47,670 bases of DNA from a virus (lineage: Duplodnaviria; Caudoviricetes), in IMG/VR virus record IMGVR_UViG_3300022178_005855, positions 1-47,670 of that record, one strand, 5' to 3'. Below the pieces are notes generated by a model. That model did no database searches and was not told where the DNA came from. It worked only from the letters and a program-made list of their open reading frames with translations. Below, one piece after another: positions 20,751 to 30,654 of this stretch. Position 1 is the first letter of the stretch. Every line of letters begins with the position of its first letter. A program made the position numbers and the translations under genes.

Positions 20751-21926
20751 ATGGCTGTATCAGATTTAGATAAAGAAAAAATATTCACACAATTTAAACA
20801 TTCATTAGGGGCACCTATTAGGGATATTGAATTATTAGATGAGATGTTATGTACATTTCTTCAAATAGCTACTGAGGATTACTCTATGCACGTTCAAAAT
20901 TGGTTAATAGAACATCAATGGCAATCGTTATTGGGGAAAAATATTGATACAACTGATATGGCGTTTGCAATGAGTGTTCGTGATTTCGATTTCGTAACAC
21001 AATATACTTACGCATATTCTAAACAAGTAGGTTTACAAGCTAGAGGTCCATGGGAACTTAAAAAAGATTACGTTGAAGTTGAGGCTGGAAGACAAGTGTA
21101 TGTTATACCAGCTGGTAGAGAGATTAATGAAGTATTGTGGGTTACCCCACCTACCACTGACGCAGCTTTATTCGCAAATTATGGTGGTTTTGACGCTGGA
21201 TATGGTGGTGGTTTTGCTCAAATGGGTATTGGTGCTAGTGCTAATGGTGCTTCAGGTGCTGGTGCTGGTGGTGGTTACTACGTTGCCCCTGCATTCGACG
21301 TGTTATTAACTGCATCTGATTTTAACCTTAAAAATAGGTTACTTAGAAGTGAATTAGCATATAAAGTAACAGCTGGGCCAGATGGAACTAGATTATTACA
21401 TTTAATGAGCACACCAGGTTCAAGATTATCTTTCGGTGGTGCTGGTGTAGGTGCTGGTGCTGGTGCTGGTGCTGGACCAACTGCGGTAGGTTTACAAGGT
21501 TGTAAAGTTTGGTATCACTATTATGACACTGGAACTGACCCAGAAGATATTGATGAGTGTAGAAAGTTAAATTCAGATATAATTACTTTACCAAATGAAG
21601 TTCCTTTAGCTGAATTAAAATTTGAGGATTTTAATTTCCCAACCAAAGTATTGGTGAGACAATTATTTATGGCTGAAGCTAAAAAAGCTTTAGGTAGGGT
21701 TAGAGGTAAATTTAGTGGTGTTCTTGGGCCACCAGAGGCTGAGAGAACTATGGATTACGAGTCGTTAGTTTCTGAAGGTAATGAAGAAAAAAGGGATGCA
21801 TTGGATAAATTAGATGAGCGGTTATTAAGGTTAGGTAGTCAACAACAATTAGAAAGAGCTGCTAACGAAGCTGAAAATTTAAATAAACACCTTCGTTATC
21901 GTCCCCTTGGATTTTATTTCCATTAA
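20751..21926 (+). CDS. Neck / head-tail adaptor protein (T4 gp13-like)
   Basis: N-terminal LGAPIRDIEL and C-terminal AEAKKALGRVRGKFSG...EGNEEKRDALDKL...PLGF resemble gp13-type adaptors. TATTTATA at 20733-20740. Confidence 0.7.
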   Translation: MAVSDLDKEKIFTQFKHSLGAPIRDIELLDEMLCTFLQIATEDYSMHVQNWLIEHQWQSLLGKNIDTTDMAFAMSVRDFDFVTQYTYAYSKQVGLQARGPWELKKDYVEVEAGRQVYVIPAGREINEVLWVTPPTTDAALFANYGGFDAGYGGGFAQMGIGASANGASGAGAGGGYYVAPAFDVLLTASDFNLKNRLLRSELAYKVTAGPDGTRLLHLMSTPGSRLSFGGAGVGAGAGAGAGPTAVGLQGCKVWYHYYDTGTDPEDIDECRKLNSDIITLPNEVPLAELKFEDFNFPTKVLVRQLFMAEAKKALGRVRGKFSGVLGPPEAERTMDYESLVSEGNEEKRDALDKLDERLLRLGSQQQLERAANEAENLNKHLRYRPLGFYFH

Positions 21927-21929
21927 AAC

Positions 21930-21963
21930 AAAAAGAGAGCTTAATAATAGCTCTCTTTTTTTT
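21930..21963. terminator. Bidirectional intrinsic terminator
   Basis: AAAAAGAGAGCT-taataat-AGCTCTCTTTTT between the convergent neck and polymerase genes. Confidence 0.85.
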
Positions 21964-24900
21964 ATCCTCTAGAATCTCTACGTATTCCACCATGTTCTTC
22001 TATTTCAGAATCTAAACTCACTTTATGTTCTACACTTTCCCTTTCTAAAACTTCTTTTAACGAATCTTTATAATCATCTAAAACTAATGTGACACCAGCT
22101 AAATCTAATTCTTTTTTAATTTTTAATGCTTTATCATTATTACCTTCTTTTTTAGCTTCAACCCACACATGTGTTAACCAAGACTCAAATGTTTTTAACG
22201 CTTTATTATCAACTGTTTGATAATAAAGGTGACGTTGTTCAGCCCATGTCTCATATTTAAAGATGTCTTGAACTGAAGCTAAATCAACCTCCCATTTCTC
22301 AGATTTAATGAAAATATTTGGCTCTCCATTTTTATCATTATGTACTATAAATGAACCATATAAAGAAATCGATTTAGGTAATTCATTAGTAACTTTCATA
22401 TTAGCAATGTCACCAACCTCCATTCTTTTTATTAATTCTAGTACTTTAGATTTTTCAAATTTAATACCCTCAATTCTTTCAATTTTCATACGCTCATCAT
22501 AGTCAACTTTTATAGATTCCCAATCCATATTTAATTCCTCTAGATTATTAGGGGTTTTATCAACTCTAAGCCAAAATTCAATTTCCTTATCTTCCATATC
22601 CATCAACTCACCTAATGTATTTTGGTCACCATCTTTAAAAGCAACACCACGATGCATTTCACAATCTTTTTGACTAAAAACTTTCCTTTCAGTCAACTCC
22701 ATTTCTTTATTTTTTTTATTTTTAACCATATCCATTAAAATACCCTCCCTAATTTCAGGTTTAAAACAAACTAACAATGCGTGAATTCTTTTATTAAATG
22801 CGGCCAAATATTTTGGTACGTTATATTCATCAGTTGTTAAATTAGGGTTATTTTCTATTTGGTCAGTTGGTATTAATTTACAATTAAGTTTAATCTCGAA
22901 ATTAACTTCACTACCATAAGTGCCATAGGCTTTTTTATGGGCCTTTTGTTCATCTGTGGGGTGGTAAATTTTTTGCGCATCACCAACTGATTTAGTTGCA
23001 CCAATATTAACATAATAAACCGTATCACCCAAATTAGCATTAACATCATTAGCTATTAATAACTCCATATGCGCTTTTCTAGCTTTTAAACTACCAGATT
23101 TTGTTCTAGTTTTCATATCCTTTATATACGATGGCACGGTGTCCTTAACATTAGACTTACTAGCTATTTTAACCAATGGTATTCTAAAATTATAAATATC
23201 ATCAACGGTTTTATTATAAATTTTTATAAAACTATCCCCATCACCCTTTAATAGATAATCGATTGCTTCAGCTAAAAAATCCTCAATATAACCTGGCATT
23301 TTTGATGACTTAATCGTGTTACCAACTAATTTAATTTTACCACCAATTAAGTTAGCGTAGTTTTTTCTAGAGAAGTTAATTGTTGATTCACAAATATCGT
23401 CAATATCTAACCCCATTCTACCAATCATGTATAATTCATTAAATTCACCTACAACAGCATCTAAACCTACTAAAGTAACACCCTTATCTTTTTCAGTAAA
23501 TCTATGAGTACCTAAAGGTGTATAATAATTAGTATCAATATCTTTCGGAATTGCAAAGTTAAACCCATCTGTATCCCCTACAAGTGGTCTGAATTTTTTA
23601 TCCATAAAGAATTTAACCATTAACCTCAAGTATTGTCTACCTCTACAAGTAGTTTCTTCAGCGCAGTTGATATCACCCCAATTGAAAATGTTAGGCGCAC
23701 CTAATGAACCAAAGAATGAATTACCTAAAATTTTAATTGGTAATTGTTTCTTATCGTACATACTCGCTAACCCACTTTCTTTTTCAATTTCAGAGTTCAA
23801 TAATTCCAAATCTTCTTTAGAAATTTTATCAATGTTATTATTCTTAAGTTCTTTTAATTTACCTAATTTAGCTTTATGGTCATTCATCAAACCTTTAAAC
23901 TTATCCCTTGTTGATGCGATATAAATTAACATACCTCTCATCACACCACTTATATCAGTATCTGGGAATATATCGTGCGTAATCTCAATATTCGGGTATA
24001 AGGCAGCAAAATCCAATTTTGCAACGTCTTCAGCATACCCAACTTCAAGCAATCTTGATAACCCACCTGTGAATGTCTTTCTAGGTTTAACAGCTGGAAT
24101 TGCTAATCTATTTTCATATGACCACGCTAACATAATTAATTTCCAAATACCAGCAGTACCCATCGTTGTGGAGCGCATATATGATGTTGGGATGATTTTA
24201 GATAATAAAAAAGATGCTTGATTATAAACCCCATCAACTTTTTCAGTTTCCCATAAATCATCAAGTAAATAACGTCTAATAATCACATCACCCATAACTT
24301 CTTCATAACCATCTTCTAAGGACCTTTCTTCTGTTATTGGGTAGTAACTACCATCGGCATCATTAAAAGCGTAATTAGTGTCTTTATCAGCCCATATGGA
24401 GTATATTTTATTACCTTCAACATATACACGATTATCTTTATTAAGTTTTGAGTATTTAGTAATGTATTTTAATCCAGCACTTTTAATATTCGAGTTAATA
24501 GCTTTTGCCCTACGAACTGCATGATAAACATCAATAATGTTATAACCCCACATCATTGTTTGTTTATAAAATTCACTTTCACCACCAAATTTTATACTTT
24601 TATCAACCCGTCTAATATTACTTTTACCACTCTTATCTAAAGTTTTGGCAATTAATTCAATATCAATATTTAAAATTTCACATCTAGTAAAGATAAAGTC
24701 CCAATCAAAATTCTCGGAATTATAACCTGCAATTACATCGGGTCTTAAAGTATTTATTATGTCAAAGAATTTAAGTATTGAATACGCTTCTAAGTCCCTT
24801 AATTCCTTTCTACTCCCAGTTTGTGGTACTTCTATAATCTCTTCGAAACCTTTATTATCTCTAATACCAACTTGGAATATTCTAGCATCTTTATGTCTAG

Positions 24901-25537
24901 TTGGGTTATTACCAGCGTCAAATTCGTATAATTTTGTTAAATCTTCACCAGTGGACATCCTTGATTTAATATCATTAATTTCTTCTGGGGATAATAAACC
25001 TCCCTTTGGTTTTAATCCCGTTGTTTCTAAATCAAATTGAAGTCTATGAACATCATTATAATCATCCATTCCCTTGAATAATCTTTTACCAGATGCAATT
25101 AGATATTGTTCAATTGGGTTTATAGCAATGAAGTAACTCTTAGTTGATTCACCATACACATCAACACCACCTTCTTTAAAGAATTTTAATAATCTGGTGT
25201 TAGAACCTTTGGTTTTTGCCATGTATTTGAAACCATCACCCATTCTGAAGGTTTCAGCCTCCCCACCTATGGAAGTTTTTAACTTTGTTATGGTGATACC
25301 ATATTTTTCGATGGCTTTTTTAATTAAATTTCTTTTACCCCCATACATAATTTTAGTAACTTCTTCTTTAAACCATAAAAAGGATGTTACGTGGTCTTTT
25401 GAAATATATTTACCCCTTACTGGGTCATTAATTATAAGTGAAACTTCAGGACTACCATAAGGAATTTCAACACCTACGATATATTTTTTTTGATTTCTAC
25501 CTTCTAGGAATCTAGATATTACTTCTTCATTAACCAT
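21962..25537 (-). CDS. polB: Family B DNA polymerase with 3'-5' exonuclease
   Basis: ExoI FDLETTG, ExoII GYNSENFDW, ExoIII YLLDD, motif A DFAALYP, motif B KILGNSFFG, motif C GDTDG, plus KNYA. Confidence 0.95.
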   Translation of the reverse strand: MVNEEVISRFLEGRNQKKYIVGVEIPYGSPEVSLIINDPVRGKYISKDHVTSFLWFKEEVTKIMYGGKRNLIKKAIEKYGITITKLKTSIGGEAETFRMGDGFKYMAKTKGSNTRLLKFFKEGGVDVYGESTKSYFIAINPIEQYLIASGKRLFKGMDDYNDVHRLQFDLETTGLKPKGGLLSPEEINDIKSRMSTGEDLTKLYEFDAGNNPTRHKDARIFQVGIRDNKGFEEIIEVPQTGSRKELRDLEAYSILKFFDIINTLRPDVIAGYNSENFDWDFIFTRCEILNIDIELIAKTLDKSGKSNIRRVDKSIKFGGESEFYKQTMMWGYNIIDVYHAVRRAKAINSNIKSAGLKYITKYSKLNKDNRVYVEGNKIYSIWADKDTNYAFNDADGSYYPITEERSLEDGYEEVMGDVIIRRYLLDDLWETEKVDGVYNQASFLLSKIIPTSYMRSTTMGTAGIWKLIMLAWSYENRLAIPAVKPRKTFTGGLSRLLEVGYAEDVAKLDFAALYPNIEITHDIFPDTDISGVMRGMLIYIASTRDKFKGLMNDHKAKLGKLKELKNNNIDKISKEDLELLNSEIEKESGLASMYDKKQLPIKILGNSFFGSLGAPNIFNWGDINCAEETTCRGRQYLRLMVKFFMDKKFRPLVGDTDGFNFAIPKDIDTNYYTPLGTHRFTEKDKGVTLVGLDAVVGEFNELYMIGRMGLDIDDICESTINFSRKNYANLIGGKIKLVGNTIKSSKMPGYIEDFLAEAIDYLLKGDGDSFIKIYNKTVDDIYNFRIPLVKIASKSNVKDTVPSYIKDMKTRTKSGSLKARKAHMELLIANDVNANLGDTVYYVNIGATKSVGDAQKIYHPTDEQKAHKKAYGTYGSEVNFEIKLNCKLIPTDQIENNPNLTTDEYNVPKYLAAFNKRIHALLVCFKPEIREGILMDMVKNKKNKEMELTERKVFSQKDCEMHRGVAFKDGDQNTLGELMDMEDKEIEFWLRVDKTPNNLEELNMDWESIKVDYDERMKIERIEGIKFEKSKVLELIKRMEVGDIANMKVTNELPKSISLYGSFIVHNDKNGEPNIFIKSEKWEVDLASVQDIFKYETWAEQRHLYYQTVDNKALKTFESWLTHVWVEAKKEGNNDKALKIKKELDLAGVTLVLDDYKDSLKEVLERESVEHKVSLDSEIEEHGGIRRDSRG

Positions 25538-25635
25538 AAAACTTATATACTTTTACGCAAAAAAACACAATTTTAACCAAAAATCAAAGTTTTTATTGCT
25601 TTTTTTTAAAATAATTCGTTCTTTACCAGGGCTTT

Positions 25636-25668
25636 ATCTTCTTTATTTGTATAGCAAATAAAGGAGAT
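25636..25668. other. Intergenic inverted repeat (hairpin / possible terminator)
   Basis: ATCTTCTTTATTTG-tatag-CAAATAAAGGAGAT, 14-bp stem with one G-T pair. Confidence 0.55.
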
Positions 25669-25700
25669 TGTATTACAGATATCAATAAATTTATAGGGAT

Positions 25701-26063
25701 TTAATTCTCAAGGACATGGATATTTAACTCATTTTTAATTGGCACTATAAGAGTACCTGAACCATCATTAAAAACTATTTTGAATTCACCAACAAATGTA
25801 CCAGCTTTTTTAGTTTCCTTAGATGTGAATTGATAACCAATAAAATATTCTTCACCGTTACAATCACTTGAAGGTCCTTTAAGTATGCACAAACCCTCTT
25901 TATCACCAATCCTTTTAACACCTGTATTTGTGTCAACCATACAAAAAGTGATTTGTGAATTTTGAATCATATCATAGAATTTATTAAAATCATTTCTCCC
26001 ATCATTTATTAATTCCATCTTTAAGATAGGTAAAGTTGCAGTTCTATTTATATAAAAATCCAT
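25701..26063 (-). CDS. Small beta-rich protein, BppU-N/baseplate-upper-like (tentative)
   Basis: FYINRTATLPILKMEL...YQFTSKETKKAGTFVGEFKIVF...LIVP pattern. TATTTATA on the minus strand at 26077-26084. Confidence 0.55.
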   Translation of the reverse strand: MDFYINRTATLPILKMELINDGRNDFNKFYDMIQNSQITFCMVDTNTGVKRIGDKEGLCILKGPSSDCNGEEYFIGYQFTSKETKKAGTFVGEFKIVFNDGSGTLIVPIKNELNIHVLEN

Positions 26064-26086
26064 TAGTTTCTTTTATTATAAATATA

Positions 26087-26344
26087 TTAATCTTCAATTA
26101 AAGATAATATTAATTTTACAGCTTCATCAATTGTATTGAAACTTCTTTTGGGTGCTAATATATGTGGTTTTAAAATTATGATAGGAATTACAGGTTCACC
26201 GATGAATTCAAAGACACTTTCCACATTAATTTCATTAATTTTATCATCAATATCAATTTTGGTGAATTTAATATCTAATTCCGTTAATTTTTTTTGTAAT
26301 TCATTGCAATAACCACAATTTTCACTTGTATATATTTGTATCAT
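26087..26344 (-). CDS. Glutaredoxin/NrdH-like redoxin
   Basis: IYTSENCGYC active site and a later VIP cis-Pro motif. Confidence 0.85.
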   Translation of the reverse strand: MIQIYTSENCGYCNELQKKLTELDIKFTKIDIDDKINEINVESVFEFIGEPVIPIIILKPHILAPKRSFNTIDEAVKLILSLIED

Positions 26345-28194
26345 AATTCTAATCCATTTTCTTCTAAATCATCCAATAACATTTTCAATCTATCCCCATG
26401 TTCATCTTTTTTATTGATGATTTTATTAATTATTTCTTGTTTTCTCATTAGTGTATACCACATTACTAATGAAATTGTACCAGTAAATAGTTGGTAATAT
26501 ACCGAAACATTAGATTTCTGCCCTATTCGATAACATCTATCCTCAGCTTGCTCATTATCACCTGGTACCCAACTAAATGAATTAAAGATAACTACAGTAC
26601 CTTCAGTTAATGTAATACCAACACCAGCAGATGTTATATTACCAATAAAAACTTTACATTTTTTATTATTTTGAAAACTATCAACTGATTTTTGTTTGGC
26701 GTTTGCTGTCATTTTGCCATTATGTATAACACACTCACTATTAGTGAAATTATCGGCTATTTCATTCAATTCGTCTGTAAATGTGGTGAAAATAACCACT
26801 TTTTGACCTTGTTCTATAGCATCTTTAGCTAATTCGATTGTATTTGGGATTGTTTCCATTGCTATAAATTTCCTAAGAAGTCCCAATTCAACAATATCTT
26901 TAGATAAATCACTAATTTTGCGTTTACCTTCTTCGGCTCGTTTCTCCATGTATTCATCCCAAATACTTTCATATTCTCTTTCACCACGTTTACTTAATTT
27001 ATGGTAAATAGTTGAGACTGTCTTATCTGGCATATCTAACACCTCAGTTTTCAATCTTCTAAGAAGTGAGTTTTTGGTTCTAATTGCCAATTCATCAAGA
27101 TTAGACGCACCATTGGTAATCCAAATTTGTCTTCTTTGACCATTCTTAAGTGTTTTATGAAATCGTTTAGCATCACAATACCTTTGAGCAAAGAATTTCC
27201 AATTGTCAGCCAAAGGTGATTTAATCATTTTTAATATATTAAAGAAATCCATTGGTCTGTTAGCGATTGGCGTACCTGTAAGCTCCCAAACTCTTTCAAT
27301 TCCATAAGTCAACGCAATTTCGTTAGCTATTTGACCTCTTTGGGTTTTATGGTCTTTAATTTTATGTGCCTCATCAATTATCACCAAATCATATTTCTCA
27401 TTAACTATATTCCTATTATGTGGGTTAAAGTTACCGTTTTTATCCTTCGTTGGTTCACCAATTGTATGAAAATTTTTGAGTATGTCAAAGTTAATAACAG
27501 TAAACCTACCAACTTCTGGCCATTTACTACCACTTACTATGATTGCTTTTTGGTCAAAACTTTCAATTTCTCTTTGCCAAGATATTTTAACACTAGCTGG
27601 ACAAATAACTAAAACTTTTTTAGCATCAACTTCTAAAGCGGCCACAATTGACTGATATGTTTTACCTAATCCCATGTCATCAGCTAATATAGCACCTTTC
27701 CTACATACTAAAAATTTAATACCTTCTTTTTGGTGTTCGTAAGGGTGTCTACCCATTACATCCATTTCCTCATATTTCTCCCAATTAACTTCAACTTCAC
27801 ATTCAGTAAAATATGGGTCATCTAAAACTAATGTTTTTGGTAACCAATACATCTCCGCATTCTTTTGATTTTTTTTTAGTTTTCCATATACATGGTATGT
27901 CTTTTCTTGGTCGGCAAGCATAGCCTGTATAAGCATTTTTTCAGGTAAAAAAGAAAGTTTGTGTTTGTCTTTAAGTGATTCACCTAACAAGGGGTTTATA
28001 GAGACTACACGATTTATAACTTGGGGTTCTACATCATAGAACTTATTAATGTATTCAACCTGACCCTCAGTTAACGCAACTTTATCATTATTAATGAGTT
28101 TTTTCTTCAACGCTTTTAGGTATGGATTAATTCCATTATATGTTTGTAGTAGGGTTATTGCACCTCTACTTTTAATGTCTTCTAAATTTATCAA
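26341..28194 (-). CDS. SNF2-family helicase/translocase (SMARCAL1/HARP-like)
   Basis: ILADDMGLGKT, DEAH, LTGTP, LRRLK, GVGITLT and QAEDRCYRIGQ motifs. Confidence 0.95.
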   Translation of the reverse strand: MINLEDIKSRGAITLLQTYNGINPYLKALKKKLINNDKVALTEGQVEYINKFYDVEPQVINRVVSINPLLGESLKDKHKLSFLPEKMLIQAMLADQEKTYHVYGKLKKNQKNAEMYWLPKTLVLDDPYFTECEVEVNWEKYEEMDVMGRHPYEHQKEGIKFLVCRKGAILADDMGLGKTYQSIVAALEVDAKKVLVICPASVKISWQREIESFDQKAIIVSGSKWPEVGRFTVINFDILKNFHTIGEPTKDKNGNFNPHNRNIVNEKYDLVIIDEAHKIKDHKTQRGQIANEIALTYGIERVWELTGTPIANRPMDFFNILKMIKSPLADNWKFFAQRYCDAKRFHKTLKNGQRRQIWITNGASNLDELAIRTKNSLLRRLKTEVLDMPDKTVSTIYHKLSKRGEREYESIWDEYMEKRAEEGKRKISDLSKDIVELGLLRKFIAMETIPNTIELAKDAIEQGQKVVIFTTFTDELNEIADNFTNSECVIHNGKMTANAKQKSVDSFQNNKKCKVFIGNITSAGVGITLTEGTVVIFNSFSWVPGDNEQAEDRCYRIGQKSNVSVYYQLFTGTISLVMWYTLMRKQEIINKIINKKDEHGDRLKMLLDDLEENGLEL

Positions 28195-28215
28195 AATGGT
28201 ATATTTTTTTGAACT

Positions 28216-28238
28216 TTAACAATATATTATATTGTTAA
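28216..28238. promoter_or_regulatory. Perfect palindrome in divergent intergenic region
   Basis: TTAACAATATA-T-TATATTGTTAA. Confidence 0.45.
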
Positions 28239-28320
28239 TATACTTTATTTTCATGAAAAAGTGAATAGCTTAGAACTATTTAGTGATTATTAAATATTTA
28301 TCATTATATAGTTAATTAAT

Positions 28321-28842
28321 ATGGAGTCAAATAAAAGGAGAATACCAATTAAAAGAATAAATAAATTCTTTTCTAGTAGGGATTATGATTTAGAAATACA
28401 AATGGGTCGTGAAGCCATAGAAGGTGATGGTAATTTTACCGTTATATTATATAGAATTGATAGAGAAACTACGCAATCCGATGATATTTATAATGAAGCT
28501 AGTGCTAGTGAAATAAACTTCCTACCACCAATTGAGTTGTATGTTATGCCAATTATTGAAAAGGCTGAAAATAAAACTTATAATTCAAGTTCAATGCGTT
28601 ATTTAGAAGATGGTAATTTAAAATTTATTGTTTATTCTCAACATTTAAATGAACTTAGAGTTGATGTTTCGCTTGGTGATTATGTTGGCTATTATATTAA
28701 TGAAACCGATGTTGTTTACTATAACGTGACTGATGCTGGCGAAAAAAACTATGATAATGCACATACAATAATAGGTTACAAGGGTGCTTATAGAATAATA
28801 AATTGCACAATTGCTAACGAAGATGAATTTAACGGGATTTAA
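28321..28842 (+). CDS. Head-closure / neck protein (T4 gp14-like, tentative)
   Basis: VILYRID...DDIYNEA...F.PP.E and LGDYV pattern, positioned before tail-completion-like genes. Confidence 0.55.
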   Translation: MESNKRRIPIKRINKFFSSRDYDLEIQMGREAIEGDGNFTVILYRIDRETTQSDDIYNEASASEINFLPPIELYVMPIIEKAENKTYNSSSMRYLEDGNLKFIVYSQHLNELRVDVSLGDYVGYYINETDVVYYNVTDAGEKNYDNAHTIIGYKGAYRIINCTIANEDEFNGI

Positions 28843-28872
28843 GAGTTAAATTATAAAAATTAAAATTATATT

Positions 28873-29616
28873 ATGGGATTACCTAAAGGTTTTATTAAGA
28901 AAGTAAAATTTATAAATCAGAATGTTGGACCTGAAAAGAGACAAGATTATCTTGATGATATAGATTATAAAGGGAGTTATTTACCAAAAAGTGTTGGTTA
29001 TGAGGATATTGATAGAACTTTTATTGAATTTGTTGATAAAGAGATGATAATATCTATCGATGGTGAATCAGTCCCAGTTCTTTTTCTAACAATTCAAAGG
29101 TGGGCTGAATTTTCTAAAACATGGACTTTTTCAGATAAATTTAAAAATACTAAAATGCCCTTCATTACTATAGTTAGAAAACCTGATATTCAAGTTGGTA
29201 CTAACCAAGCTGGTATATGGAATATACCTGGTAAGCAATTATATACATATATGAAAGTACCTACGTTCATCGATGGTCGTAAAGGTATGGACACTTATAA
29301 AATACCACAACCTACATCAGTTGATGTTACATATGAAGTTAGATTCTTTTGTAATAGAATGAAAGATTTAAATAAATTACATAAAGTGGTTCAAACTACT
29401 TTCAATTCCAGACAATTTTATATTAATGTGAATGGACATCCAATGCCTATTCATTTAGAAAGTATTGGTGATGAAAGTCAAATAAACGATTTTGATAGAA
29501 GAAGGTTTTATGTTCAAAATTTCGAAATGAAAGTGTTGGGATATATTTTAGATGAAAATGATTATGAACACATTCCAACAATTAATAGAGGTAATGTTAA
29601 GTTTAAAGAAGAATAA
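28873..29616 (+). CDS. Tail completion/terminator-like protein (gp15-like), paralogue A
   Basis: VPVLFLTIQRW, PFITIVR and PQPTSVDVTYEVRF motifs plus gene context. Confidence 0.55.
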   Translation: MGLPKGFIKKVKFINQNVGPEKRQDYLDDIDYKGSYLPKSVGYEDIDRTFIEFVDKEMIISIDGESVPVLFLTIQRWAEFSKTWTFSDKFKNTKMPFITIVRKPDIQVGTNQAGIWNIPGKQLYTYMKVPTFIDGRKGMDTYKIPQPTSVDVTYEVRFFCNRMKDLNKLHKVVQTTFNSRQFYINVNGHPMPIHLESIGDESQINDFDRRRFYVQNFEMKVLGYILDENDYEHIPTINRGNVKFKEE

Positions 29617-29622
29617 TATTGT

Positions 29623-30654
29623 ATGTCACAAGGATATAAAAAAAATGTAAAATTTATAAATCAGAATGTTGGACCTGAAAAGAGACAAGATTATCTTGAT
29701 GATATAGATTATAAAGGAAGTTATTTACCAAAAAGTATCTATTATGAGGATATTGACAAGACTTTTATTGAATTTGTTGATGATATTTTAGAAATAGAGG
29801 TTAATGGAGTGAAAGTCCCAGTCATTTTTCTAACAATTCAAAGGTGGGCTGAATTTTCTAAATTATGGGATACTTCAGATAAATTTAAAAATGTTAAAAT
29901 ACCCTTCATTACTATAGTCAGAAAACCTGACATCCAAGTTGGTACTAACCAAGCTGGTATATGGAATATACCAGGTAATAAGTTATATACATATATGAAA
30001 GTACCTACTTTTAACGGGGGTCGTAAGGGTGGTGATTTATATAAAATTCCACAACCTACGTCAGTTGACGTTACATATGAAGTTAGATTCTTTTGTAATA
30101 GAATGAAAGATTTGAATATGTTTAATCGAAAGTCTCAATTAACATTTCAATCAAGGCAATACTATATCAATGTGAATGGACATCCAATGCCTATTCATTT
30201 AGAAAAAATTGGTGATGAAAGTCAAATAAACGATTTTGATAGAAGAAGGTTTTACGTTCAAAATTTCGAAATGAAAGTATTGGGATATATTTTAGATGAA
30301 GATGATTATGAATTCGTTCCAACAATTAATAGAGCTATCATATTTACTGAAATAATAGATAAAGTAATTAAACCTAAAGTGGTTATTAGGTCATTTAAAG
30401 ATATTGATGAGATATCTTTAAATGTGATTATAAAAGCGAATCATTTTACTGATGAGTTTATTATTAATTGTGCATATGACGCACTTATAACATCAATAAA
30501 TTATGTGATAAATGTCACAAATGTAAATATAGCAATTAATGGTATCCAACAAACATTTCCATTTAACATCTCAGCTAATGAAGAAATGGTGTTAACTGTT
30601 GATAGAGATGATACAAAAGAAGCTAAATTTGAAATTAAAGGATTAGTTAAATAA
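29623..30654 (+). CDS. Tail completion/terminator-like protein, paralogue B with C-terminal extension
   Basis: Highly similar to 28873-29616 over ~240 aa, plus ~100 extra residues. Confidence 0.55.
   Translation: MSQGYKKNVKFINQNVGPEKRQDYLDDIDYKGSYLPKSIYYEDIDKTFIEFVDDILEIEVNGVKVPVIFLTIQRWAEFSKLWDTSDKFKNVKIPFITIVRKPDIQVGTNQAGIWNIPGNKLYTYMKVPTFNGGRKGGDLYKIPQPTSVDVTYEVRFFCNRMKDLNMFNRKSQLTFQSRQYYINVNGHPMPIHLEKIGDESQINDFDRRRFYVQNFEMKVLGYILDEDDYEFVPTINRAIIFTEIIDKVIKPKVVIRSFKDIDEISLNVIIKANHFTDEFIINCAYDALITSINYVINVTNVNIAINGIQQTFPFNISANEEMVLTVDRDDTKEAKFEIKGLVK

Noticed and set aside
21435-21476. GGTGCT tandem run in the neck gene as a phase-variation tract
   Set aside because: The unit is 6 bp and in-frame, encoding a Gly/Ala loop; slippage would not change frame.
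21962-28194. Intein or intron in polB or SNF2
   Set aside because: The ORFs are continuous, with no C/S...HN splice motifs or homing endonuclease motifs seen.
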